Origin: Candidatus Bathyarchaeia archaeon
Lineage (GTDB): Archaea > Thermoproteota > Bathyarchaeia > Bathyarchaeales > Bathycorpusculaceae
Direction: 5' to 3'
NCBI GenBank assembly: GCA_049970895.1
Contig: JBMFMB010000018.1
Span: 1 to 25,838, forward strand
DNA: 25,838 bases
The notes under the pieces are model-generated. The model did not search any database. It saw nothing but the letters and a program-made list of their open reading frames with translations, and was not told where the DNA came from. The position numbers and the translations under genes are program-made. Position 1 is the stretch's first letter, and the number at the start of each line of letters is the position of its first letter. Shown one piece after another: positions 1 through 8,125 of this stretch.

Positions 1-118
1 GTTAAAAATTTATCAAAAATATTCAAATTGAAAATTGTTTTAAAGAATGCACTAGGGAAATTTTGCAAAATCATTTAAAACATATTCTTTTGAAGGTTAG
101 AATAATCTGCGAAGTTTA

Positions 119-428
119 TTATTGTTGTATGCGTATTTCTCTGCCTTCAATAACGGCTCTTGCGAGTTTTTCTCGCGCCTTTTCAGCTAATCTCCAGACG
201 GTGTTTCTTGAGACTTGCATTTTTGTGCGGCTTCTTTGAAGGTTAGCTTCTCCAGTTCCACAAGTTTTAGGGCTTCTATCTCCGCCGCTCCTAGGAGGAT
301 TGGCTCCGCGTTCCTCTTTGGGGTTGGCTCAAATTTTTCCGGAAGGTTTTTGTTGTTATTGCTACTGGTTTTGGCGGTCTTCCAATTTTGCCGTGTCTAT
401 GGCGTTTTCGCCATTGGTGTTGTGGCAT
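119..428 (-). pseudogene. DUF134-family DNA-binding protein, frameshifted (not in ORF track)
   Basis: Manual translation across two frameshifts in A-runs: MPQHQWRKRHRHGKIGRPPKPVAITT / NLPEKFEPTPKRNAEPILLGAAEIEALKLVELEKLTFKEAAQK / MQVSRNTVWRLAEKAREKLARAVIEGREIRIQQ*. This matches the DUF134 pattern (GRP.K...F.P...L...E.EAL.L..LE.L...EAA..M.VSR.T..R....AR.K.A.A...G..I.I). Confidence 0.85.
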
Positions 429-469
429 ATTTTATGGGATATATCACGAAGTAAGGGAGGAAGAACTCT

Positions 470-678
470 ATGCGAAGAGCATGGTATTGGCCAAAAGGAT
501 GGTGGTGCCCGAGACACCCATGGCCCCCAGCATGGGCAAGAACCCCATACCACTACCAACAGATCCAACAGAGGAGCTGAAAGCCCTATAAAACTACAAA
601 AGGGAATTAGAGATAGAACTCGCAGAACTAACAAAACGCATAGAAGAACTCAAAAAGTTAATCGAAGAGAAGAAATAG
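470..678 (+). pseudogene. DUF5320-like small protein (Trp/Pro-rich N-terminus plus coiled coil), disrupted
   Basis: GGGAGG at 455-460 precedes ATG 470. The sequence reads MRRAWYWPKGWWCPRHPWPPAWARTP, frameshifts to PLPTDPTEELKAL, hits an in-frame TAA (589-591), then continues NYKRELEIELAELTKRIEELKKLIEEKK*. Confidence 0.7.
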
Positions 679-684
679 GCTCTT

Positions 685-1107
685 TTATTCACTAGCTTCA
701 CCCATCACTTGGACTATCACTGTTCTTCTTCGCGGGTGTACGTCGGTCTCCACAAACAAAAGAGACTGCCATGTTCCAAACTCAACTCTGCCATCAACCA
801 CTGGCAAGGTCTTGTCTGGTGGCAGCAGAACAGACCTTAAATGGGAATGGGCGTTTGAAGGGTGCATGTAGCCGGCGCCTTTTGGAACAAGTCTTTCCAG
901 CAAACCCCTAATGTCGTTTAGTAGGCCGTACTCGCTTTCAGTTAGGATTAGCACTCCAGTGGCATGAGGCGCAAAAACATGCACTATGCCATTCCTTATG
1001 CCTGAGCGGGAAACAGCCTCCTGAACCTTGTCGGTTAAGTCTATAAATTCAATTTCCCCCTTTGTGGAGAAGCTGTAAGTTGTGTTATAAACTTTAAAGT
1101 TTGGCAA
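685..1107 (-). CDS. yjbQ: YjbQ/UPF0047 family protein (secondary thiamine-phosphate synthase-like)
   Basis: Motifs DLTDKV, PHATG...E, NAHSHLRS and GTWQSLLFVE.D..PRRR. Confidence 0.93.
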   Translation of the reverse strand: MPNFKVYNTTYSFSTKGEIEFIDLTDKVQEAVSRSGIRNGIVHVFAPHATGVLILTESEYGLLNDIRGLLERLVPKGAGYMHPSNAHSHLRSVLLPPDKTLPVVDGRVEFGTWQSLLFVETDVHPRRRTVIVQVMGEASE

Positions 1108-1125
1108 GCCTTTTCAACCTTCTGG

Positions 1126-1674
1126 CTATTCTAGCATTTTTATCATTATCATCTCGTCTATGTAGGCGCCATCCTTGAAAAACCTTTTTGGAATCCGCCC
1201 AGTCTCGACAAACCCCATCTTCCTGTAGAGGTTTATGGCATGCTGGTTGTTTGCAAAAACTGATAGCGCCAAAACTTTTAAGCCCATTTTTCTGGCGTGC
1301 TCCTCCAATGCCCTCATCATCTCGGTTCCTATGCCGATGCTCCTAAAACCCTTCTTAATTGCTATGCCAATAAAGCCCACATGCCTTGAATAACCAAACC
1401 CTCTTACAATATCGGAGTTAGCCACCACATGCCCATCCACCTCAGCGGCAACACAGAAAATTTCACCCCTCTCCAAGCGTTTGAAAACGCCTGAAAGCCA
1501 CTCAACCTCCTCATCCCTCGAAACCTTCTCTGTTTTAAGGATGTTCGCCCCTTCTTCAACGAGCGAATTGATAAAGTCCAGCAGGTCGTCAAGGTCTTCC
1601 CATTTAAGCGTCCTAAGGATTACCTTGCGTCCGTCTTTGGCAACAAACTCCCGAATAACTTCCCCAGTTTTCAT
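1126..1674 (-). CDS. GNAT family N-acetyltransferase
   Basis: Acetyl-CoA-binding motif A (FRSIGIGT) and C-terminal LSVFANNQHAINLYRKMGF. Confidence 0.93.
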   Translation of the reverse strand: MKTGEVIREFVAKDGRKVILRTLKWEDLDDLLDFINSLVEEGANILKTEKVSRDEEVEWLSGVFKRLERGEIFCVAAEVDGHVVANSDIVRGFGYSRHVGFIGIAIKKGFRSIGIGTEMMRALEEHARKMGLKVLALSVFANNQHAINLYRKMGFVETGRIPKRFFKDGAYIDEMIMIKMLE

Positions 1675-1734
1675 AAAGTTTACGATAGCATTAGAGCCAC
1701 ATAACCTTTTTCAAAGGCTAAAATTGTGAGTTTT

Positions 1735-2023
1735 GTCGATGCTTTTGTATACAGGTTTTCAGCTAGCACAAGCCCTAGGAGATTCTGGTGAAATATTAAT
1801 TTTTAAAAGTAATACCAACACAACTAAAGCAACCTAAAAGTAAAACAATGTCCATAAAATCTCAAAAACATTAGCCACTTAATCTACACCGAATAAAACA
1901 ACTTACTACATTAATGGAAAAAACGCCCGGAAAAGCCCTTTTTCAACACAACTTTCAAGCCAAAAACCTTGGTGAAAGCCATAGCCCCATAGAAAACAAT
2001 GGCTTGTATACAAAAGCATCGAC
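1735..2023. repeat. Perfect 19-bp inverted repeat pair (1735-1753 and 2005-2023)
   Basis: GTCGATGCTTTTGTATACA at 1735-1753 is the exact reverse complement of TGTATACAAAAGCATCGAC at 2005-2023. Confidence 0.9.
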
Positions 2024-2558
2024 CAAGTGAATCACTTAACCTGCCTTTGCCCAAACAACTAAAAGCAAAGTTGCACATTCAAAACCACTTGCCACTACAT
2101 CGCTTTGTGCCGGGAAAACCTCGAAGCCCCATCGAAGGTTTCGGCTGTTGGCTTGGCATGGAGATTTTCGTCGGTCTCTTTATGAGGCAACGGTCAAGTC
2201 CATAGGTTTGGTTTGGCGGCAGAGCTGAAAGGCGATTAAAGGGTTTCTTTTGCAATTTTGGGCTTAAAAATGGCTTTTCATTTTGTGCGTACGCCAGCCA
2301 GAATTATGCCTTTAACATACTCTGACTTGTTCATCAATCTTCGATAGACAATTTTCCTTTTGTTGCTAGATGTGGCTGTTTTTAGCCTTTTATTTTGAAA
2401 AGAGAGTTTTCGGTTGTCGAAATTTCTATCATTAAGCCTTTCAATGTTATTGGTTTTTTCATATTGCCGTTTTTGAAATAACCCTATAATTATTCGGCTT
2501 GGATGGTTTTTGTTGAGGGTTGGGGAAGGAACTGGTAAGGCTGAAAGGGGTGTAATGG

Positions 2559-4802
2559 TTGTCTATTGACTATTTTGGGAATGATATCGAAGTTCTTGAG
2601 AGGACTGTTAATGGAAGAAAGGTTAGGGTGAAGTGGAACTGGGGAAACTTCAAAAGCACTGAAGGCTTTCCAGTTGACGACAATTTGATAAATTGGGTTA
2701 TTGGACAGGGCCGAGCCTTAAACGAGTGTTTCCTATGCCTAGACGAGTGGGTCCACAAGCTTAAGTGGCTAGAGAAGACGAAATGGTATGAAAGCTGGAG
2801 CAACCCAGAAAAGCCAAAACCTTCGGCGAAAACAGCCATAAGTCCAGGACCATACTTGCTGCTTCTTGGCGATCCGGGAACTGGCAAGTCCCTTATTGGT
2901 AGGGCTTTAGCCGAAAAGTTAACCCAAATTTACAAGGAGAGGGGCATAAAACTTTTTGACGTTTTGTGTTGGAAGAATCCGGTTTTGCCAAGCCAGCCGA
3001 AAATCTCTATACACCCGGCTGGGGAAGGGAAGAAGATACTCCAGAGAGAACAGCTTAAGGAGCTTAAGAGGAAGTTTGTCACTAAGGTTGGTTTGAAGGC
3101 TTTACAAATATTCCTCATAATTATGGGCTTATTTCTGATGGGTTTAGGTTTCTACTTCATGTATCAGGCTTGGCAAATGTGGAACGAGAACTCCATGTAT
3201 TTGGGCGAGCCCCTACAGGAATATTACAACTACAATTTCATGGACTACTTTATGGGGAGAATTGTGAGCATAGTTCCTTTGACGTTTATCCCCGGTGGAA
3301 GCCTCATATTCTTTGGAGTCTTCATATGGTGGCTCTCAAGGATAGGCGGCTTAGGAGCCCTAAAAGGCATAGGTGGGGCACAGCAAAGCGACATACCAAA
3401 ACTCATAGTTGATAACAGTTCTGGACATGCGCCATTTGTTGATGCTACTGGTCACAGAAGCGCTCAGCTTTTCGGTTCCATAGCCTGGGACCCATACCAG
3501 ACTGGTGGTTTGGGCACTCCAGAGCATCAGAGAGTTACAGCCGGAGATGTTCACAGGGCATCACTCGGCATATTGTACATTGACGAGATTAAGAATCTGG
3601 ACCCGGAAGAGGCTGTAACACTTTTAACAGTTCTTGAGGATGGACAGTTGCCCATAACAATCCGCGGTAGGTGGCACGGTGGAGACACCGCAGCCATGGC
3701 TGTCTCCACAGAACCAGTTCCAGCTTTAACCTTCCTCGTGGGTGCTGGGAACTTTGACAGCATAAACCAGATTCACCCAGCTTTGATGGATAGGATTTAT
3801 GGCTATGGCAAAGTTGTTAGAATGAATAATGATATGCCGAACACCGTTGAGAATAGGCGGAAGTATGTGCAATTCATAGCCCAAGAAGTTAAGCGTTTCA
3901 ACCTAATCCCCTTCAGCAGGGAGGCATGCGAAGAAATAGTTGAGGAGGGACGTAGGCGAAGCAACAAGAGGGACGCGTTAACAACCCGTTTCAGACCGTT
4001 GATTTCCATAATTAAGACTGCTGCAACCCTCGCTATGAACGAGGGATGCAGCCTTGTAGAAAGAAGGCATGTCCGCGAAGCCATAGAAAACCATTGCAAG
4101 ACAATACAGAGGCAAATACTTGAACACGAGATGAACGAGAGAGGTAAACTCTTAGAAATAAAGCCCGAAGGCGTTAAGCTTGGGCAGATTTATGGCTTGG
4201 CGGTTGTCAGAGACCCATATAGTGGGGAGATGACTGGCAGCGTTTTATGCGTGAGGGCGACTATGGTTAAGCGCAGCGAATTACCTAGGAACTACCCAAT
4301 TAAGGGTTATTATAAGGTGACTGGTGTTGCTAAGGGTCAGAGCTTTATAGCTGACAGCATAGCCAAGGTTAGAAGCGTCATCCTCCAAAAGTATGGGATA
4401 GATATAGCCCAAGACTACTTGACACATATAGATTTCGCCCAGTCCTACGGTGTTGATGGACCATCAGCAGGTGTGACGATGGCTATACTGTTGTGCTCGC
4501 TTATTGAGGGCAAGCCCATAAGACAGGATGTTGCTGTAACAGGCGAGATAAATCTGGGTGTTGGCGACACCGTACAGGTGACGGCTGTTGGAGGCGTTTA
4601 CGAAAAGATTAAGGCCGCCGAAGCCTGGGGCTTTAAGAAGGTGGTTATTCCAAAGAAGAACTTTGACCATTCCATAGACATAAGAGACTACAAGATTGAG
4701 GTGGTGCCAGCCGCAACCTTAGACGACTATTTGAAAGAATGCCTAGTTGAGAAGCCAACAATTAAGGTTCCGGTTCAAACTGAGAGAAAGATGAAATTCT
4801 AG
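2559..4802 (+). CDS. lonB: Membrane-anchored ATP-dependent Lon protease (LonB architecture, peptidase S16)
   Basis: VIGQ, Walker A GDPGTGKS, two hydrophobic segments inserted in the AAA+ domain, LFGSIAWDPYQTGGLGTPEHQRV, Walker B ILYIDEI and ALMDRI. Catalytic Ser lies in DGPSAG and Lys in GGVYEKIKAA. Confidence 0.95.
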   Translation: MSIDYFGNDIEVLERTVNGRKVRVKWNWGNFKSTEGFPVDDNLINWVIGQGRALNECFLCLDEWVHKLKWLEKTKWYESWSNPEKPKPSAKTAISPGPYLLLLGDPGTGKSLIGRALAEKLTQIYKERGIKLFDVLCWKNPVLPSQPKISIHPAGEGKKILQREQLKELKRKFVTKVGLKALQIFLIIMGLFLMGLGFYFMYQAWQMWNENSMYLGEPLQEYYNYNFMDYFMGRIVSIVPLTFIPGGSLIFFGVFIWWLSRIGGLGALKGIGGAQQSDIPKLIVDNSSGHAPFVDATGHRSAQLFGSIAWDPYQTGGLGTPEHQRVTAGDVHRASLGILYIDEIKNLDPEEAVTLLTVLEDGQLPITIRGRWHGGDTAAMAVSTEPVPALTFLVGAGNFDSINQIHPALMDRIYGYGKVVRMNNDMPNTVENRRKYVQFIAQEVKRFNLIPFSREACEEIVEEGRRRSNKRDALTTRFRPLISIIKTAATLAMNEGCSLVERRHVREAIENHCKTIQRQILEHEMNERGKLLEIKPEGVKLGQIYGLAVVRDPYSGEMTGSVLCVRATMVKRSELPRNYPIKGYYKVTGVAKGQSFIADSIAKVRSVILQKYGIDIAQDYLTHIDFAQSYGVDGPSAGVTMAILLCSLIEGKPIRQDVAVTGEINLGVGDTVQVTAVGGVYEKIKAAEAWGFKKVVIPKKNFDHSIDIRDYKIEVVPAATLDDYLKECLVEKPTIKVPVQTERKMKF

Positions 4803-4867
4803 TTTCGCCTTAGAGAAACAGCTTTAACTCCACCAATTCTAATTTTGTTGTTGAAGTGGAACTACTG

Positions 4868-5293
4868 ATGGTTAGGGAAGTCGATAAAGAGGCTATTAGG
4901 AGATGGCGTAAGAGAGGCTTCTACAGCGAAAATGTTCTAGTGAAACTTTTGCAGAAAAACGGTTATAATGCTGTCCGCATACCAGTCAGCAACCCAAGCC
5001 TAAATCCGCTGCCAGATGTTGTGGCAAGGAAGGGCTTGCATGTTTACGCCTTTGAGGTTAAAAATGCTGGTTATTATGCTTATTTTCCAAAACAGCAGAT
5101 AGAGAAGCTCTTCAGATTCCTAGACGAGCTTATACCGCTAGACAGAGAGTATAAGCATGCTATTGTTGCAGCTCACTTGGGCAAGAAATGGATTTTTAAA
5201 GAAATAAAGTGGGCGGATTGGGAGGCGGGAAAAATTCCAGAAAAAGTGCGTATATTAAAACGTGACAGAGGAAACTTCAGTTTGCAAGGCTAG
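4868..5293 (+). CDS. Archaeal Holliday junction resolvase Hjc/Hje-like PD-(D/E)xK nuclease
   Basis: RKRGFYSE...L...GY.AVRIP.S....LPDVVA.......FEVK fits the Hjc E...PD...ExK catalytic pattern. ATG 4868 is preferred over GTG 4856. Confidence 0.8.
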   Translation: MVREVDKEAIRRWRKRGFYSENVLVKLLQKNGYNAVRIPVSNPSLNPLPDVVARKGLHVYAFEVKNAGYYAYFPKQQIEKLFRFLDELIPLDREYKHAIVAAHLGKKWIFKEIKWADWEAGKIPEKVRILKRDRGNFSLQG

Positions 5294-5357
5294 AAAGCGA
5301 AACAGATTTAAAGTTTCACTATTTTCCCAAAATGCTCGGGATTGGGGGATTCAACCC

Positions 5358-5630
5358 TTGGCAAGCCCAATTAAGGGGGTTATTGTCAACTATAGAGTTG
5401 GGCCAAAAACCCAGAGAAATAAGGAGTGCATAATCCAGTTCGCCCACGCAAAAACCGTTGCAGAAGCCAGCAGACTCATAGGACGAAAAGTGGCATGGAA
5501 AACAAGCAAAAATGACAAAATCATTGGCAAGATCGTGGCTTTGCACGGCAAAAAGGGCTTGGTTAGAGCAAGGTTCAGAAAGGGCTTACCAGGACAAGCC
5601 TTAGGTACAAGTGTTGAATTAATCGGCTAG
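5358..5630 (+). CDS. rpl35ae: 50S ribosomal protein L35Ae
   Basis: KGVIVNYRVGPKTQ, LIGRKVAW, GKIVALHGKKGLVRARFRKGLPGQALG. The start was moved to TTG 5358, after GGGGGA. Confidence 0.95.
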   Translation: MASPIKGVIVNYRVGPKTQRNKECIIQFAHAKTVAEASRLIGRKVAWKTSKNDKIIGKIVALHGKKGLVRARFRKGLPGQALGTSVELIG

Positions 5631-5634
5631 ACAG

Positions 5635-5830
5635 AATTTTTCCAAATATTTTGCATTTTATCTCTCTTTAAAATTTTAAAATTGACAAAATTTGATAAAA
5701 TGTGACTTATTAAAGTTTTCTAAATTTAGAAATTGTCATAATTGCATCACTTTTACAAAAAGAATTAGGATAAAGATACATAAAAAATTAAAAAATGACT
5801 CGCTTTTATTGATTCTTTAAAAATTTTTCT
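5635..5830. other. Extremely AT-rich non-coding island with A-tracts and palindromes
   Basis: Almost no G/C. Palindromes TTTAAAATTTTAAA (5667-5680) and TTTCTAAATTTAGAAA (5717-5732). AAAAT(N)TGAY units at 5678, 5687 and 5697. Confidence 0.6.
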
Positions 5831-5899
5831 CCATGCTATATTGACTAGACGACCGGCACAGAAACTGTAATAAATGCTAGCCTAAAGAATTGAAGCATC

Positions 5900-7210
5900 A
5901 TGGATGGTCTTGGAATGTTGGAAAGCTATTCCTTAAAAACTCAGAGGTCTAGGGCTTTATACGAACGCGCCAAAAAGGTTCTTCCAGCAGGAGTCTCCTA
6001 TGGAATTCGCTTTTTTGAGCCATATCCGTTTTACACGGCGAGGGCTAAGGGAAGCAAGCTTTACGATGTTGATGGGAACGAGTACGTTGACTATTGGATG
6101 GGGCATGGCGCCCACATACTTGGACACAGCCCTTCGGTGGTGGTGGAAGCCGTTAAGAGGCAAGTTGAAAATGGCACCCACTTTGGGACTTCCCACGAGC
6201 TTGAGGTGGCACTAGCAGAGCAAGTTGTGAAGATGGTGCCCAGCGCTGAAATGGTGCGTTTCACAAACTCTGGGACTGAGGCTAATATGTATGCTATACG
6301 CCTAGCAAGAGCCTACACTGGCAGGAACAAAATAATAAAGTTTGAGGGAGGATGGCACGGGGGCTACGACGCTCTTCACGTTGGCGTAAAATACCCCTTC
6401 GACATCCCAGAATCAGGCGGATTGACAGCTGGTGCAACACAAGACACCATACTCGCGGTTTTCAACAACCTTGAAGACGTAGAGGCAAAAACGCGGAAAG
6501 AGCCGGTTGCAGCCATAATAATTGAGCCAGTTTTAGGTGCTGGAGGGTGCATCCCAGCTCAAAGAGAATTTCTCGAGGGTTTAAGGGAAATTTGCAATGA
6601 AAGAGGAATCCTCCTAATCTATGATGAGGTTATCACGGGGTTTAGGCTTGCCCCCGGGGGAGCCCAACAATATTTTGGTGTTTTGCCAGACATAACGGTC
6701 TTCGGAAAAATATTGGGTGGAGGCTTCCCGGTAGGTGCCTTCTGCGGAAGACGCGAAATAATGGAGCGCTTAAACCCGCTAATTTATGAACGCCCCCGCT
6801 TTTCATTTCATGGTGGAACATTCTGCGCAAACCCCATCACAATGGCGGCTGGACTGGCAACATTAAAAGTCCTTGAAGATGGAAGCATTATATCAAAGCT
6901 GAACAGCATTGGCGAAAAGGTCAGGAAAACATTAAGGGAGATTTTTGAGGCAAAAGGAATAAGTGTTCAAGTAACTGGTGCTGGCTCAATATTTACCACA
7001 CACTTCACGAGTAGGGAGGTTAGAAATGCCCGAGACGCCTTCGAGGCGGATAGGAAGAGGCTGGCCGAATACCACACAAACCTAATTACAATGGGGGTTT
7101 TCTTCCTCCCAACACATTTCGGCTCAATAAGTGTAGCCCACACGGATGCTGACATTGAAAAGCTTTTCCAAATGACAGAAGATTATGCCAAAAGCCTAAG
7201 TAAAACTTAG
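5900..7210 (+). CDS. Class III PLP aminotransferase, glutamate-1-semialdehyde 2,1-aminomutase (HemL)-like
   Basis: DVDGNEYVDY, RFTNSGTEA, KFEGGWHG, DEVITGFR, FGKILGGGFP (PLP Lys) and GGTFCANP. No other hem genes are in the window, so the substrate is uncertain. Confidence 0.88.
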   Translation: MDGLGMLESYSLKTQRSRALYERAKKVLPAGVSYGIRFFEPYPFYTARAKGSKLYDVDGNEYVDYWMGHGAHILGHSPSVVVEAVKRQVENGTHFGTSHELEVALAEQVVKMVPSAEMVRFTNSGTEANMYAIRLARAYTGRNKIIKFEGGWHGGYDALHVGVKYPFDIPESGGLTAGATQDTILAVFNNLEDVEAKTRKEPVAAIIIEPVLGAGGCIPAQREFLEGLREICNERGILLIYDEVITGFRLAPGGAQQYFGVLPDITVFGKILGGGFPVGAFCGRREIMERLNPLIYERPRFSFHGGTFCANPITMAAGLATLKVLEDGSIISKLNSIGEKVRKTLREIFEAKGISVQVTGAGSIFTTHFTSREVRNARDAFEADRKRLAEYHTNLITMGVFFLPTHFGSISVAHTDADIEKLFQMTEDYAKSLSKT

Positions 7211-7221
7211 CAACTAGCCTA

Positions 7222-7836
7222 TCAGTCCTTAAGCATAGCCTCAGCCCTTTTCAAGTCCAAGGGCGTGTTAACATTAAAGAACATTTTAAGCTGGGGGTCA
7301 AACTGCTGAAAGACAAGAGTTGAAATGTAGCGAATGCCACGAAGCTTATCAATCATCGAGCGCATGTCTAACCTTCCCTCCTTTAAGGCTGCCGAAGCAG
7401 CCTCTAAGGCTGGTTTAACACGATAAGCCGCGTGCAAAGGCTCTATGTAGCCGTTTGGCCATCGGGGAATAACCGCATTCTTGCCTATGCAGAGCTCAAG
7501 AATAAGCGCGAGGGTTTCTCTTGAAATCATTGGGGTGTCGCATGGAAGAAGAAGTGCATACTCACCCCTCACCTCCTTAAAACCCGTCAAAGCGCCTACG
7601 AGGGGACTTTGGAGCGGGTTCTGGTCTATGACTATTCTAATGTTTGGCTTAAGGATTTTCGCAATTTTTTCGGCTTGCTCCTTTGAACTTGCAACCACTA
7701 TTTTTTCATCAACAATTTCGTCCAAAGCGTCTAAAACATGCATTATTAGGGGTTTCCCAGCCAGCGGAACCAACCCTTTATCATGCCCGAATCTTTTAGA
7801 AGCGCCTCCAGCCAACACTATTGCCGAATTATCCAA
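7222..7836 (-). CDS. mobA: Molybdenum cofactor guanylyltransferase
   Basis: IVLAGGASKRFGHDKG, PLVG, PCDTP, EPLHAAY and FFNVNTPLDL. Confidence 0.92.
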   Translation of the reverse strand: MDNSAIVLAGGASKRFGHDKGLVPLAGKPLIMHVLDALDEIVDEKIVVASSKEQAEKIAKILKPNIRIVIDQNPLQSPLVGALTGFKEVRGEYALLLPCDTPMISRETLALILELCIGKNAVIPRWPNGYIEPLHAAYRVKPALEAASAALKEGRLDMRSMIDKLRGIRYISTLVFQQFDPQLKMFFNVNTPLDLKRAEAMLKD

Positions 7837-7999
7837 TGTTTGATTCTTTCCTTCCTAGTTCATTGCATATGAAGAGATTTTAGGCTTCTATAAGCTTTTT
7901 CACCGATTGGAGCACACGCCAAAAATTTTGGAATATTTCTGCGAGTAGAATATAGGCTATACATACGATTTGCCAAATTATTGCCAAGATGAGTTTGAG

Positions 8000-8095
8000 A
8001 TGAACTCTGAAATTAAGGAGCTGAATAAGATAGTATGCGGGCAGTGTGACGAGAAGGAATATGAAAAATGCAGAAACTGCAGAGTGTACCAATGA
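8000..8095 (+). CDS. Cys-rich CxxC-x7-CxxC microprotein, probably metal-binding (not in ORF track)
   Basis: MNSEIKELNKIVCGQCDEKEYEKCRNCRVYQ* (31 aa). The frame continues past the TGA as VNKLVSH* to 8119. Confidence 0.6.
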   Translation: MNSEIKELNKIVCGQCDEKEYEKCRNCRVYQ

Positions 8096-8125
8096 GTTAA
8101 CAAGCTTGTTTCGCATTAGAGTTGC

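Noticed and set aside
215-695. Track ORFs 215..454, 300..695, 362..634 and 388..591 as real genes
   Set aside because: They are shadows or fragments of the broken DUF134 and DUF5320-like genes.
1999-2205. 68-aa ORF in the large intergenic region
   Set aside because: It has no recognisable motif and overlaps the inverted repeat and hairpin. It cannot be fully excluded.
7222-7836. mobA as the cofactor-maturation partner of the WOR enzyme
   Set aside because: AOR-family enzymes use non-nucleotide tungsto-bispterin, and the genes are 8 kb apart.
8093-8095. Selenocysteine readthrough of in-frame TGA codons (also 19914-19916)
   Set aside because: Neither sits at a Cys-like position and no SECIS-like hairpin was seen. 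The ICMT gene also has frameshifts, so nonsense mutation is simpler.
7880-8116. 78-aa hydrophobic minus-strand ORF downstream of ParA/MinD
   Set aside because: Its hydrophobicity is explained as the antisense of an A-rich, Lys/Glu-rich frame. The plus-strand CxxC microprotein is the better call, though co-orientation with the ATPase leaves some doubt.
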